Source of the DNA: a virus
Strand: one strand, 5' to 3'
IMG/VR virus record: IMGVR_UViG_3300045988_112575
Coordinates: 1 to 41,781 of that record
Length of the DNA stretch: 41,781 nucleotides
A program made the position numbers and the translations under genes. Below the pieces are notes generated by a model. It saw nothing but the letters and a program-made list of their open reading frames with translations, made no database searches and was not told where the DNA came from. This document shows, piece by piece, positions 17,918 to 28,323 of this stretch. Within the stretch, counting starts at the first letter, position 1. Each line of letters opens with the position of its first letter.

Positions 17918-18232
17918 CTAAGCCTCCTTGATATAGCGGTACAGCTTGTCCAGGTCTTCCTCAGAACACTTGAAACCAGCGATGCTGACCGGCCACTTGC
18001 CCTGCGCGTGGTTCTTGACGGCGGTGTACGCTTTGTCCACGTCCACCTGCTCCCCATCCACCAGACAGAGCATAGCGCCCAAGGGGTGCTTGAGCATTGC
18101 CTCGCTCTTCCCTTCCAGGAACAGAGCGGCACCGGCACCGAATAAAATGCCTTGCCATTTAGGAAGGGTAGGAACCAGCTCCCGATCCACGAACGCCGCT
18201 ACACCGCGCTTTACTTTCTCGATAGATTCCAT
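17918..18232 (-). CDS. hypothetical protein (104 aa)
   Basis: ORF on the late strand, 2 nt from the next gene. Confidence 0.55.
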   Translation of the reverse strand: MESIEKVKRGVAAFVDRELVPTLPKWQGILFGAGAALFLEGKSEAMLKHPLGAMLCLVDGEQVDVDKAYTAVKNHAQGKWPVSIAGFKCSEEDLDKLYRYIKEA

Positions 18233-18285
18233 GTCAGTACCTCACAGAAAAGAGAAAGGGGGGCGATTGCCCCCCATAGTCGTTG

Positions 18286-18795
18286 TTACGCGCCAGCAGC
18301 TGCCGCCGCAGTGGGAGCAGTCCAGGAATTCTTTGCAGGCATCGGCTCAGGACAGACACTGGTAGCCGGAATCACCAGCTTGGTCAGGCCCTGGAGCTGG
18401 GCAACCTGCGCCTGCAAGCAGGAAATGGTTGCGCCGGTGGTGCCGTTCAGAACTGCCTGGTTCATGTTGATGGCGTACTGCTCATCCTTGTTCTTGCCGA
18501 TCAGGTCGCGCAACTCACGGTCACGCCGGTCAAGAGTGGTGTAAACATCGACCATCTTCTGGTCGATGTAGGCGTTTGCCTTGAGCAGGGAGATTTCGGC
18601 GTCCTTCGCCCCGATCTCCTGGGTCAGGTTCAGCTCATAGCGGTTGACAGCGGTGTTCTCGCTGCAAGTACAGTTGCCAGCACCAGCCATTCTGGCCACG
18701 CCCCAGCCGCCATTGAGCAGGCCCAGAGCGGTGCCAGCGATGCCAAGGCCCAAGCCGGAACCAGCCACACCTTTAGAAGCATATTCGCGTTCCAT
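18286..18795 (-). CDS. Gly-rich putative membrane-associated protein with coiled coil
   Basis: GVAGSGLGLGIAGTALGLLNGGWG N-terminus; AAGGAG RBS; own promoter upstream. Confidence 0.6.
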   Translation of the reverse strand: MEREYASKGVAGSGLGLGIAGTALGLLNGGWGVARMAGAGNCTCSENTAVNRYELNLTQEIGAKDAEISLLKANAYIDQKMVDVYTTLDRRDRELRDLIGKNKDEQYAINMNQAVLNGTTGATISCLQAQVAQLQGLTKLVIPATSVCPEPMPAKNSWTAPTAAAAAGA

Positions 18796-18867
18796 GTTAT
18801 TTTTCTCCTTCGCAGTTTATTTAGCTCGCCCAAGTCCGCGCGTCAACCTAGGTCTGCCATTACTCAC

Positions 18868-18896
18868 AGTATACACCATATACAAAAAGTATACAA
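18868..18896 (-). promoter_or_regulatory. sigma70-type promoter inside the tail module (TTGTAT-N17-TATACT)
   Basis: Minus strand TTGTATACTTTTTGTATATGGTGTATACT; same -10 hexamer as the terS and cro promoters. Confidence 0.55.
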
Positions 18897-18965
18897 GTCT
18901 TTATTGTGCGTATTTCTCGACATTTCTTGCAGAGTGTTGGCCACCGAATGAACGGGGGCCTTTGT

Positions 18966-19403
18966 TTATTCCTGGTAGGCTTCCCACCCCGCCGGGTAGG
19001 CATCCGGTGCCCACACGTTGCTGTCGATGGTCGAACGATACAGCTTGCCTTTGTAGCTTACGATATCGCCCTTGCTGTAGGCATCGGTAGCACCCAACGG
19101 CTGAACCCACTCAGGATAGCCGCCGGACGTTACCCCGATTTTTTTATACAGGCTGGTTGCCGTATCAGGGGGCCACTGTTCAGCGGATGTGTGGGCCTGT
19201 AATACCTGGTAAAGTTGGGGGTCTCCTACGGCGTTGGTGCCGTAGGAAAACACATCCTTGATTTTGTAGGCGTGACCTACCTCGTAGACGGGGAACACAG
19301 TTGGAACCTCTAATAAGGTCTGGGCGTGTTCCTCCGGGTCGAGCGTGGACAGGAAAAGCTGAATAGCCCGTCTCAGCTCCCGCACCGCTTGCAGTTTATC
19401 CAT
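18966..19403 (-). CDS. protein with CBM5/12-like carbohydrate-binding C-terminus
   Basis: WVQPLGATDAYSKGDIVSYKGKLYRSTIDSNVWAPDAYPAGWEAY. Confidence 0.55.
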   Translation of the reverse strand: MDKLQAVRELRRAIQLFLSTLDPEEHAQTLLEVPTVFPVYEVGHAYKIKDVFSYGTNAVGDPQLYQVLQAHTSAEQWPPDTATSLYKKIGVTSGGYPEWVQPLGATDAYSKGDIVSYKGKLYRSTIDSNVWAPDAYPAGWEAYQE

Positions 19404-19677
19404 TTTTGTTCGCCTCCTCCCCGAGCAGAGCAGCTAGCAGCTCCTCAACAGTCACAGGCTTCTCCGGCTCCACATCCGGGTGCTCTGCGTTGTAGGCGTC
19501 CAGCGCCTCCTGATCCACCGCCAGCGCCGTCACAGTGCCGTCCTCAACGGTCAGGGTGCAGAATCCCATGGTGTCCAGGTAGTCGGATAGCAGGGTGTCG
19601 GGCAGGGTGATGCAGTTGGGGAATGGTTGCCCCATTGGGTTGCCGTGGTTGGGGCCGGTTGGGTTGATGTAGTACAT
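19396..19677 (-). CDS. hypothetical tail-fibre-associated protein (93 aa)
   Basis: ATG 19677 after AGGAGG (ORF-track start 19701 rejected); MYYINPTGPNHGNP... Confidence 0.5.
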   Translation of the reverse strand: MYYINPTGPNHGNPMGQPFPNCITLPDTLLSDYLDTMGFCTLTVEDGTVTALAVDQEALDAYNAEHPDVEPEKPVTVEELLAALLGEEANKNG

Positions 19678-19693
19678 GATTGACCTCCTTTCT

Positions 19694-22507
19694 TTATCCA
19701 ATGACCAAAACCGAATATTTCACGCCCTTCGCATTACATACATAGTCATTTGCGGCATCGGTGTTGTACCAGGAATAGGAGCAACCGTCTTCGCTTATTT
19801 TTCCGAACGTACTAACACCGTATGATTGTGACGAATACGCGCCGTTTCTATAAAATGCCGCATAGTTTGTATACTCCGTTTTTAGGTCAGCGGCGTTAAC
19901 CATCAGATTGCTATTATCAGCATAATACGCACCGGAGTACAGCATAATCATAGCTTTTATTCTAAACGGTGCGGTTATCGTTATTGGATTTGCGGCCCCA
20001 TATACCCCGACTCCAATATAGCTCACAACCTGCACCCTCGCTTTATCCCCCAGCTTTCCCAGGTACTCGATAGTGGTGGCAGCGGGGATAGCGGGGTAGC
20101 CGGTGACGGGTTGGTAGCGGTCGATGGTGACCCATCTCGACGAGCTACTGATAGCGCTTATTATCTCCACGCCTGTTTCGGCAGACGCGGGGATATAAAC
20201 AATTTGGTCCGGCAACCTGTACGCAGACCCAGCGCTACTGGAAACGCCATATCTAGTCAATAAGACGAATTTTCCGAGGAGTTCAGTTGCGGCAGAATTA
20301 AAACTCTGGTTGGTCTGCGGGGAACTCAACGATACGCTGCCTGTATCGGAAACAGAGAGAGAACTTGAAACGTTGAGCGCCGTGTCGGTGTTTCCACTGC
20401 TGCCACGCCCAACGATAAACTTTCCCGTCACCATATCCCCCAACGTATACCCCGCCTCCTTCGCATCATCTCCCTCCTGATACGCATTGGGGTTTGTTGA
20501 TACAGGGTAGGTGGTGGTTGTTCCGGCGGGGATTTCGGGAGTTACAGGATAACCGACCACTTTCTGTGCGGCGTTGAAATAGCTAGGGGTTCCGCTGGAT
20601 AATATGCCATAGGTAAATGTAGTTCCAGATGCTACATAGTAAACAACATTACGTTCAATGTTAATTGTTCCTCGATTTGCATACGAATCATCTGTTACGG
20701 AGAAAAACCTATTTCCGCTTCCGATAATATTATCAACGGATATAGTTCCATTACCAGAGACAATGACATCCTTGGTTTCAGGGGATACCATGGAAACATT
20801 GCCAGCTGAATCAACAGATACCGTCTTGCTAACGCTTAACCTGTATATCCACGCCGAATTACTACTATCGGTTGGTGTCAAAAACGCTGTTTTTGTGGCA
20901 GTTCCTAGATTATACCCAGCAGGCACCTCCGGCGTTGGTTCCGTCGTCACCACCGTCTTCCTCCACACATGCAAATCCCCCGCATGTGCCAAAGCGTTGA
21001 ACATGTCATTGGGGGTGGCGGAAGAGGGAAGGCCGATGATGGGAGGGGTGGTGGGTTTGAGGATGTCTCCTACTTTGCTGTTGAGCAAACTCAGAGGAAC
21101 AGGATGGTTGCTCGCTGTGGGCGACAGGATGGAGAGAGGACCGGTCATTGTTCCGCCTGCGAGAGCAAGGTAGTTTTTCAGTAGTTCTGCATGGGCGTCG
21201 GTGGCGGTGTCGTGGGCGCTGACTGCTGTGGTGGCGGTTCCCTTGGGGTCTGCACCGGTTTGTTCGGCGGTGACTTTATGGGGGTTGCTGTGATTAACGA
21301 TATGGCTGGGGACGTTGGAGAGGGCGGCGTTGAAGGCGGTCTCCGTGCCGGTGTAGCCTGCTTCTACGGCAGCGGTAAAGGCACTTTTTCCGTTTTGGCC
21401 GCTCACACCTGCCGGGCCTTGGGGCCCTTCCGGGCCGGTCTCGCCTTGGGGGCCTTGCACACCTTGGATACCTTGGGGGCCTTGCTTGCCCTGTTTGCCC
21501 TCCGGGCCGGTCTCACCCTGCACACCCTGGGGGCCTTGGGGACCTTGGGGGCCGGTGGGGCCTTGGAGCTTGCCAACGGAAGTCCAGTCGCCCTGTGTCT
21601 CCGACCAGATGTAGCACTCCCCGTCGGCTTTGACCATGTACATTTTGTCGTTGCCGTTGGGAATGGCGTTTTTCAGCGCGGCAAGGGTGCTGTAAATGTC
21701 CTCGATGTAGAGGCTGGTGCCGTCCTTACCGGGGGCACCGGCAGGACCTTGGGCACCGGTGGGGCCTTGTGTCCCTGCTTTCCCCTGCGGACCCTGGGGG
21801 CCGGTAGGGCCTTGTTCGCCCTGTTCTCCCTGCACACCCTGTACGCCGGGGATGCCCTGGATACCCTGCGGGCCTCTGGCACCCTGTGCGCCCTGTTCGC
21901 CCTGGACCCCCTGCGGACCCTGCGGCCCACGGACAGACACGGCCTGGGGCGCAATGGCGCTGTCCTGGATGGTGAAGGACATGACGCCGTTTGTGTCGAT
22001 GTTGGGAACGATGCTGGGGCCGGTGGCTCCTCGGTCTCCCTTGTCGCCCTTCACGCCCTGGATACCCTGTTCTCCCTGGGGGCCGGTGTCACCCTTCACG
22101 CCGTGGACGATGGTCTTGGTGCCGTCGTCGGAGACTTCGCAGTTGTCAAACTGCATCCGTCCGCGCTGGGGCAGGGTCTCCCCAGCGGGGTTCATAATGA
22201 TGTGACCGGCAGAACCGGATGCCTGCCAAGTCACGCCGTCCTGGCTGGTTTCCAGTACGCGATCTGCGTTCAGGCGGATGTACTTGAAACCTGCCCCTTC
22301 AGGGAGCTGTACGCTCGTCTCCACGCCCAGCGTTTCCAGAGCGGGAAGCAAGGTGGTGTTGATATACTCCTGGATGGTCAAAGCCCCTTCGTCGAACTTC
22401 TTCTTCAGTTCGGCAGCAGACAGACCGCCTACGTCGTTGGGTTCGTCGTCCAGCTTCTGAACGATGTTTAAGTCCTTGGTCAGCTTTTCTAAACTCATAG
22501 GTATCAC
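19694..22507 (-). CDS. tail fibre with collagen-like triple-helix repeats
   Basis: Three G-X-Y runs (aa 136-164, 193-263, 315-373), long beta-rich C-terminal part. Confidence 0.85.
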   Translation of the reverse strand: MIPMSLEKLTKDLNIVQKLDDEPNDVGGLSAAELKKKFDEGALTIQEYINTTLLPALETLGVETSVQLPEGAGFKYIRLNADRVLETSQDGVTWQASGSAGHIIMNPAGETLPQRGRMQFDNCEVSDDGTKTIVHGVKGDTGPQGEQGIQGVKGDKGDRGATGPSIVPNIDTNGVMSFTIQDSAIAPQAVSVRGPQGPQGVQGEQGAQGARGPQGIQGIPGVQGVQGEQGEQGPTGPQGPQGKAGTQGPTGAQGPAGAPGKDGTSLYIEDIYSTLAALKNAIPNGNDKMYMVKADGECYIWSETQGDWTSVGKLQGPTGPQGPQGPQGVQGETGPEGKQGKQGPQGIQGVQGPQGETGPEGPQGPAGVSGQNGKSAFTAAVEAGYTGTETAFNAALSNVPSHIVNHSNPHKVTAEQTGADPKGTATTAVSAHDTATDAHAELLKNYLALAGGTMTGPLSILSPTASNHPVPLSLLNSKVGDILKPTTPPIIGLPSSATPNDMFNALAHAGDLHVWRKTVVTTEPTPEVPAGYNLGTATKTAFLTPTDSSNSAWIYRLSVSKTVSVDSAGNVSMVSPETKDVIVSGNGTISVDNIIGSGNRFFSVTDDSYANRGTINIERNVVYYVASGTTFTYGILSSGTPSYFNAAQKVVGYPVTPEIPAGTTTTYPVSTNPNAYQEGDDAKEAGYTLGDMVTGKFIVGRGSSGNTDTALNVSSSLSVSDTGSVSLSSPQTNQSFNSAATELLGKFVLLTRYGVSSSAGSAYRLPDQIVYIPASAETGVEIISAISSSSRWVTIDRYQPVTGYPAIPAATTIEYLGKLGDKARVQVVSYIGVGVYGAANPITITAPFRIKAMIMLYSGAYYADNSNLMVNAADLKTEYTNYAAFYRNGAYSSQSYGVSTFGKISEDGCSYSWYNTDAANDYVCNAKGVKYSVLVIG
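21389..22102 (-). repeat. Collagen-like G-X-Y coding repeats within the tail fibre gene
   Basis: [19 protein letters not shown]..., [22 protein letters not shown]... Confidence 0.9.
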
Positions 22508-24606
22508 CTCGCATAGCCCGTGAATCGTACCCGCATGTCAGCGGACAGGATGGTCACGGTAGTATTGATGGATTCCGTTCGGAAAATCAGCTTGTAAAAC
22601 ACGAACTTCTTCGCCTTGATCTTCAGGCGCTTCATGTGCGGTTTTCGGTTCGGGTTGAAGCTCCACTTCCGAAAATCCGCCCCGGAAAACGAAATCAGGG
22701 ACGAGACCACGACCTTGTTGGTGTAGGCCGATTTTCGGTCTGTCTGGACGGTCACATAGACTTCACCGTGGGTCTCCGGTTTGATGCCAACCCACAGCAT
22801 GGCGCTGTACTTTCGCATGAAGTCCTGAGAAAAACTCTCTGCGCCGCTTTCCCAATAGCTTTCGATTTTCTCCCCGTTGTCCGTCCGGTTGGTGTAAGCG
22901 ATGAGATTCAAGCGTCCCTTGCTGTCTCCGCTATATAGCTTCCCCCGGAAGTTTACGAAGCACGTCACGTCAAAGGCTGTGTAGCAGTACCAGGCGTCGG
23001 CAGCGTAGTTGTGTACTAGCGCCCTGTTGTCCGTATTGATGATGTAATACTCTTGGTTGTCGTTGTCATCCCAACAGCGGCAGTGTTCCAGGTCGAAGCC
23101 TGCCAGCGTCCCTATGATGCGGTCAGAGATACGCCGTGCCTGCCGCTCGTCAATGGTCATGTTGGCAGAGTAAGAAGAGCTGTTCTTCCACTCATACAAG
23201 TCATGCCCGAAGAGCGTTCTCGGAGAGTTCAGCACCAGTTGTGCTTGCCCCGGTGCCACGTTCCCAATGGCCCGGTTCACGGGCGTTGCGTAGAAGGTCG
23301 CCGCCGTGGTGTTGTCCACCATCGTGGTCACGCCGTACTGCACGGAATACGTGGAAGTAGACTTGTAGACGATCAACCGGGAGTAGTGCCGAATGAGTGC
23401 CGTGATGGGAGTGTTGGCGTCCCCCACTTTCAGGACGTTCATGTCCGGGAAGTAGTCTGCCCTTGGCTTTCCGTCGTTGTCCAGGCCGGAGTAATATGCC
23501 TCGTTCGTGCCGTCTCCGTAGAGAAACACGCGGTTGTCGTTGGCTCCGTTGAAGGTCTCTGCATACTTCATGGCAAGCGCCTTGTCCCGGAAGTTCTTCT
23601 TGACTTCCCACGCGATTTCAATGGTGTTGATTCCCTTCTCCGGGGCTGTGCTGAAGGTCACAGTCCCCTTTTCCAGGTCAACGGTGTACTTGCTCTTCTC
23701 GATCTCAGGCTCATTCTCTGCCGCCTTGTTCTTTACCCAGTCTACAGACTTCAAGTCCTTCTCCGGCAGGGTGAAGGTGGTAGCAGTGCCGTCTGGGGAG
23801 AACCAGCAGCGGCGCTTCCCGTTGAGCTTGTTCACCTGCTCATAAGTGGTGCCGCCGCCGCTCGGAACGACGGTAATGGTCACGATAGGCCGGTACCCGT
23901 CCACATCCTGAAGTGTTTTTCCGTCCCACTCTTTGTACTGGTTTTTCGCCATGATATAGAGCTTTTCAGAGTAGCCGAAGAAAAACACCGGTTCCGTGGT
24001 GTCCAGATCACCAATGGCTTCCCGCTTCCATGCCCCGTCATGGAGTTTCCAGAGCTTTCCGTCGGCAGCGCCGACCAGGTACTCTTTTCCCTTCACGTTG
24101 CCAGCCCATAGACCAGCGACTTTCTGGTTCACAGAAGAGGATACCGCCCGGCAGCGCTTCATCTTCCAGGTGTATTCATCCCGTTCTGCGTCATAGGTGC
24201 AGGAAACAAGCTGATAGGTGAAGTTCTCGTCATAGCGCCAATAGTATCCTGCGTACTGTTCCGCGTTCTCATAGCTCACAGAGGCCTCGTCCCCGGAGAC
24301 TTCCAGAAAGCCGTCTGTCGTCACGGTACAGGTTGGGTGCATCCGAAGCTTGCCGGAGACATGTTCATCAACGCGAACTTCTTGCGTGTTGTTGTCCACC
24401 TGCAAGGTATAGGCTTGTAGTAAGCCCTTCACCATCTGCTGTCCCGGTCTTCTCTGCAAGTTCCGGTCACGGGTGACTTTGAAGTTCCGAATGACCGATG
24501 CTTCCCCCATTTTCAGTTTGGTGTCGCCGTCCGGGTTTTCGTTCAAGCCAAGAAATTCCTGGATACGAAAGACCTTCTCGTCGGCTCCGGTCGTAATTCT
24601 CGCCAT
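22504..24606 (-). CDS. 700-aa tail structural protein (tail tube/nozzle-like; podovirus-style module)
   Basis: Position between head-completion gene and fibre; no tape-measure/tube/chaperone set present. Confidence 0.55.
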   Translation of the reverse strand: MARITTGADEKVFRIQEFLGLNENPDGDTKLKMGEASVIRNFKVTRDRNLQRRPGQQMVKGLLQAYTLQVDNNTQEVRVDEHVSGKLRMHPTCTVTTDGFLEVSGDEASVSYENAEQYAGYYWRYDENFTYQLVSCTYDAERDEYTWKMKRCRAVSSSVNQKVAGLWAGNVKGKEYLVGAADGKLWKLHDGAWKREAIGDLDTTEPVFFFGYSEKLYIMAKNQYKEWDGKTLQDVDGYRPIVTITVVPSGGGTTYEQVNKLNGKRRCWFSPDGTATTFTLPEKDLKSVDWVKNKAAENEPEIEKSKYTVDLEKGTVTFSTAPEKGINTIEIAWEVKKNFRDKALAMKYAETFNGANDNRVFLYGDGTNEAYYSGLDNDGKPRADYFPDMNVLKVGDANTPITALIRHYSRLIVYKSTSTYSVQYGVTTMVDNTTAATFYATPVNRAIGNVAPGQAQLVLNSPRTLFGHDLYEWKNSSSYSANMTIDERQARRISDRIIGTLAGFDLEHCRCWDDNDNQEYYIINTDNRALVHNYAADAWYCYTAFDVTCFVNFRGKLYSGDSKGRLNLIAYTNRTDNGEKIESYWESGAESFSQDFMRKYSAMLWVGIKPETHGEVYVTVQTDRKSAYTNKVVVSSLISFSGADFRKWSFNPNRKPHMKRLKIKAKKFVFYKLIFRTESINTTVTILSADMRVRFTGYAR

Positions 24607-24612
24607 AGAACA

Positions 24613-25065
24613 TCAACTCCAACGGGAAAAGTAGTTGTATTCGGTGCTTACGCCGTATACGTCGGTGATGCTTTCCGAAGAGCGTGGGAAACCTGCGGAC
24701 AGTTTATCCCGAAGCTCTTCGTATCTCTGCTGGAAGAACGCCGCTGCCGAAGGGTTCTCATCCAGCAAGAGTTGTGCCGCCAACCCGTAGGGAAGGACGG
24801 TCTGACAAATGTAGTCGTCCAGTTGAATGAAATCCGTGAAGTTCTGAATTACATCCACAATGGGGCGCTTTCCTTCCTCTACCTGCTCATAGGTGTCTGA
24901 GTAAGGAAACAGCTCCCCACGCAGGGCGTTCAGAATCAGCAGCGTTCTCACCTTGTATTCTCTGGTGTCAGAGGTGTCCGTCTCGCCGCTGGATTCATTC
25001 ACTTCGTCAATAAGGCCCATAGCAATGTCAAAAACACGCTGGGCGGTGGTGCTGGGCGCAGGCAT
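24613..25065 (-). CDS. head-tail adaptor/head completion protein (putative)
   Basis: 150-aa ORF immediately after the capsid gene; AGGAGGG RBS. Confidence 0.45.
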   Translation of the reverse strand: MPAPSTTAQRVFDIAMGLIDEVNESSGETDTSDTREYKVRTLLILNALRGELFPYSDTYEQVEEGKRPIVDVIQNFTDFIQLDDYICQTVLPYGLAAQLLLDENPSAAAFFQQRYEELRDKLSAGFPRSSESITDVYGVSTEYNYFSRWS

Positions 25066-25082
25066 CGTGTTCCCTCCTTTGG

Positions 25083-25108
25083 AAAAAGGGGAGGCGCTGG
25101 GCCTCCCC
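25083..25108 (-). terminator. Intrinsic terminator/attenuator after the major capsid gene
   Basis: Minus strand GGGGAGGC-CCAGC-GCCTCCCC followed by TTTTT. Confidence 0.75.
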
Positions 25109-25122
25109 CTTGTTTTGTTGAA

Positions 25123-25974
25123 TCAGGCAGTTGCCGTGGAGGACACATAGATGCCCTTGCACTTGGTGTCCAGCACAAAGCTGTCGTAGATATAGCGGCC
25201 CTCGACCACGTCACCATCCACGCCCATGGGGTTCTTGTGAACGCGGTAGTTCTTCAGCTTCATCACGTCCACGGTCGCACCCTTGTACTTCAGGATGAAG
25301 TTGGTAGCGGCAGGGAAGATGGAGGAAGGAACGGTCACCACGTCCACGCCGTCGATGGTGCCGCGGTAGCCGCGCCGGATGTTCTCAGCAGTCAGAGTGT
25401 CAGAGCCGCCCATGACCACGTCAGCCAGCTTGAACTTGAGGAAGGTCAGCTCCGGAATGAACAGGACGCGGCCCGTGGTGGGGACTTTCTCGTCGGACAT
25501 GGTGGCGTTGGCAGTGAAGATTTTCTCCACGATGTTGGCCTTGGTCAGTACGCCGTCCTTAGAGGACAGAACAGCCTTGCCGGTGGTCAGACCGTTGCCA
25601 GCGATCCACTTCTCGAAGCGGTACTTGTCGATTTCGGGGGTGATGACCTCATCGATCTCACGCTTGAGGCACTTGTTGGCCTGCTTGATGTTGAACTGCT
25701 CGGAGGCGTTACCGGCGTCGATGGAGAAGGTGAACGCCTTGTCCACCGCCAGGGTCATTTCCTGGGTGGTGTCGCCCAGCTCGGTCAGAGTGCCGAAACG
25801 GGCGGTGCCGGTGCGGGTGTAGTTGGTGGTCGGCACGGTGTCCACGGAGTAGATTTTGATCGTCTTGACGCCCGTGAATTCGTAGTCGTGTCCGCAGTAG
25901 CGGTCGGTCTTGGAGCCGATGGTGAAGCGCTCCTGAACTTTCTGGGAATACTTCTCAGCAAGATTGATAGCCAT
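25123..25974 (-). CDS. major capsid protein
   Basis: 283 aa after scaffold gene, followed by strong terminator; MAINLAEKYSQKVQERF... typical of small capsid proteins of this gene order. Confidence 0.7.
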   Translation of the reverse strand: MAINLAEKYSQKVQERFTIGSKTDRYCGHDYEFTGVKTIKIYSVDTVPTTNYTRTGTARFGTLTELGDTTQEMTLAVDKAFTFSIDAGNASEQFNIKQANKCLKREIDEVITPEIDKYRFEKWIAGNGLTTGKAVLSSKDGVLTKANIVEKIFTANATMSDEKVPTTGRVLFIPELTFLKFKLADVVMGGSDTLTAENIRRGYRGTIDGVDVVTVPSSIFPAATNFILKYKGATVDVMKLKNYRVHKNPMGVDGDVVEGRYIYDSFVLDTKCKGIYVSSTATA

Positions 25975-26016
25975 AGGGGTTCCTTATCCTTTCCGGCCCC
26001 TATGAATCGGGGCCTG

Positions 26017-26934
26017 TCAGTCGTCCCCGGAATACCAGTCATCGTCAATGGGGTCAGCCTTTTTCTGGGCGTTCCCAGCAGACTTCTGGCTGCCGGTGGA
26101 ACGTTGTTTGTTGTCCAGATTCTTCTTGGCAGTCTCCAACTCGCTTTTCAGCTGCTCGTTTTCTGCTGCCAAGTTTTTGGCTGTGAATCGTGCGTAGGAA
26201 GAAACCAAACTTTCCCCTTCTCGAAGCATCGTCTCCCAAACCTCCTTGGGAATATCGCTCATCTTCACATCGGGGAACGCACGCTGAAACGCGGCGTTGT
26301 CCGCGTCAATGCGCTGTCTCTCTTCCAATTGTGCCTGCTGTTCTCTCTGCGCGTTCTGCCTCTGTGCGTCAAATGCCTGCCGCTCTCTGTCCAGTTTCAC
26401 GCGCTGAAGGGCAACGCTCTTGTCGATGCCCTCTCTGCCTGCCAGCAGTTCCGCTCTTGTGGCGTCTATCAGGTCTTCAATGCTCATGTTGCTGGGCGCT
26501 GCCAGCTCAGTCAGGAAGCCTTCCAGTTCTGCCACGCGCTCTTTTGCCGTGTCGCGTTCGCCGCGCACATGGTCATAGTCCAAGCCCTTCTGTGCCAGGA
26601 CAGTAGCTTCTTCACGATTCACCTTCGTGATCTCGCCGAATCGCTTGAGTTCCATGAAGGGCTGGTCTTCCCCTTCCTTCGTCTCTTCGCTCTTCTGCTC
26701 GTCCGAAGTGCCTTGTTCCCCTTCCTGCGGTTCCTCTTCCTTCGGCTGGTCTGCTTCCGGTTCGGGTTCCTCGGCAGGGGGTTCCTGCGTTCCTTCGCCC
26801 GTTTCGTCTGCCTGCACGTCGCTCAGATCGATATCATCAAAGAAAGCGTCGTCGTCATAGTTTGACGTGGTACCCTCGCTCAAAGCGGTGGTATCCACGG
26901 CCTCAGGGGCGTTGTTCATTGCAGTTTCGTTCAT
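26017..26934 (-). CDS. scaffolding protein
   Basis: Highly acidic N-part, coiled coil; ATG 26934 after AAGGAG (ORF-track TTG 26967 rejected); directly upstream of the capsid gene. Confidence 0.65.
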   Translation of the reverse strand: MNETAMNNAPEAVDTTALSEGTTSNYDDDAFFDDIDLSDVQADETGEGTQEPPAEEPEPEADQPKEEEPQEGEQGTSDEQKSEETKEGEDQPFMELKRFGEITKVNREEATVLAQKGLDYDHVRGERDTAKERVAELEGFLTELAAPSNMSIEDLIDATRAELLAGREGIDKSVALQRVKLDRERQAFDAQRQNAQREQQAQLEERQRIDADNAAFQRAFPDVKMSDIPKEVWETMLREGESLVSSYARFTAKNLAAENEQLKSELETAKKNLDNKQRSTGSQKSAGNAQKKADPIDDDWYSGDD

Positions 26935-27012
26935 GGTTTTATCTCCTTCTTGGCTATGGTCGGCCAAATATAAGTTGTTTCTTACAGGTATCTAAACCCG
27001 GTTCAGCCGGGG

Positions 27013-27792
27013 TTAGAGCAGATTCAAGCGGCCCAGGATGGTCACGACCTCGTCTCGCTTCATGGGTCGTTCCGGCCCTTCGCCGTTGATGATGCCTTTT
27101 TCCGTTGCCTTGGCCCAGTGGCCGTCTGTTCGGCTCCACACGGGTTCCAGCATCGTGTCAGCGTAGTTCATAGCCTCAGTTAAGATGCCGTAGCACATCT
27201 CAGGCGTTAGCTGCTTCAGGAGCTTTTCAATGTCCATTTCCTCTTCCTCCTTCCCTGCCAGAATCTCGTTGACTGCACTTGCAATCTTTGGGTGTAGGTT
27301 ATACAAGAAGTCGCCGGGACAAGCCTTGTTCGCTGTCCATCGGTGGACGACCATGTTCTGCTTGTCCCACTGCCCCATTAAGGACTTATCGCCCTTCCAG
27401 AGCAGTTTAGGAATCCCGTTGCGCTGGCAAATGTCAGCCAGCAGTTTTACAAGGGCTTCGATTGCCGCCGTGTTCACCAGGTAGGGAGCCACATTGTCAC
27501 TCGCAACTTCGATGGTCACAAGCTGGTGGTCGATTTTGTTTGATGTACACCAGGCGCGGTTCTCTTCGCCGCACACTTGAGCAATAGAACCATCGCCGCC
27601 AACGACGTAGTGACAGGAAGCGCCGTTCTTAGGGTCGCGCTTGATAAAGCGGCTCATATCCGCAAAGCGTTCTGCCGGGAGGTCTTTGCCGCCTGCGGTG
27701 CAGTGAATGGCTACACCTTTGATAGTGCCTCGTCTCGGCTTTGTCACGTTGGGCGAAAGTCGGACGTAGGTGGGAAGTCTGGAATTACTCAT
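27013..27792 (-). CDS. N-acetylmuramoyl-L-alanine amidase endolysin (Amidase_2/PGRP type) with SLH-like C-terminal motif
   Basis: GVAIHCTAGG, SCHYVVGGDG, VHRWTANKACPG; C-term HWAKATEKGIINGEGPERPMKRDEVVTILGRL. Confidence 0.8.
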   Translation of the reverse strand: MSNSRLPTYVRLSPNVTKPRRGTIKGVAIHCTAGGKDLPAERFADMSRFIKRDPKNGASCHYVVGGDGSIAQVCGEENRAWCTSNKIDHQLVTIEVASDNVAPYLVNTAAIEALVKLLADICQRNGIPKLLWKGDKSLMGQWDKQNMVVHRWTANKACPGDFLYNLHPKIASAVNEILAGKEEEEMDIEKLLKQLTPEMCYGILTEAMNYADTMLEPVWSRTDGHWAKATEKGIINGEGPERPMKRDEVVTILGRLNLL

Positions 27793-27988
27793 TCTGCTTT
27801 ACCTCCGGCAGACCTGCGATTGAGGTCAGAATAGACACGATACCGGCTAAGACAGCGGCAGAAGCCACCATCGGCCAGGAAACGTCACTCAGCACAACAC
27901 CGGCACCGATACAGCCGATTGCCGTCTGTGCAATGGTTTTCACGGCACGAACCGCCGCCGCACAAGCCCACGCTTTCCAATTTCTCAT
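27785..27988 (-). CDS. holin (LL-H-like family)
   Basis: 67 aa, two hydrophobic segments, VRAVKTIAQTAIG...SILTSIAGLPE; overlaps amidase start by 8 nt. Confidence 0.75.
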   Translation of the reverse strand: MRNWKAWACAAAVRAVKTIAQTAIGCIGAGVVLSDVSWPMVASAAVLAGIVSILTSIAGLPEVKQNE

Positions 27989-27999
27989 TTCCTCACCTC

Positions 28000-28323
28000 C
28001 TAACCGGTTACAATGGGCAACCGCTCCACCTCGTCCATGATGGTGTCCAGGTGTCCGTTGCCACCGAGTGCTTTATAGGTTCTGTGCATCTCCTGGATGT
28101 TCTCTTTGTCTTCCAGAGTGATGCCGCCGGCATCGACATACCGTCTGCCAAGAGAACGCACCCGGTCTATCATCAAGACTTTCTGTGCTGCTGCTAGTGC
28201 ATTCAATTTGTCATCTTCTTTGTCTTTCTTCATCCAATGCCGGTTCAGAAGGGCTACCACAATGGCAGAAAATCCGCTCGAACCAAGCACGATGCCGATG
28301 ATTTTCAGAATGGGTTCCATCAC
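28000..28323 (-). CDS. N-terminally membrane-anchored protein of unknown function next to the lysis genes
   Basis: ILKIIGIVLGSSGFSAIVVALL TM segment. Confidence 0.5.
   Translation of the reverse strand: MMEPILKIIGIVLGSSGFSAIVVALLNRHWMKKDKEDDKLNALAAAQKVLMIDRVRSLGRRYVDAGGITLEDKENIQEMHRTYKALGGNGHLDTIMDEVERLPIVTG

Noticed and set aside
20658-26865. Long plus-strand ORFs (21191-22471, 23053-24111, 25237-26865 and others) opposite the tail fibre, tail protein, capsid and scaffold genes
   Set aside because: These are antisense shadows of clearly coding minus-strand genes, for example the mirror image of the collagen repeats. They have no start context.
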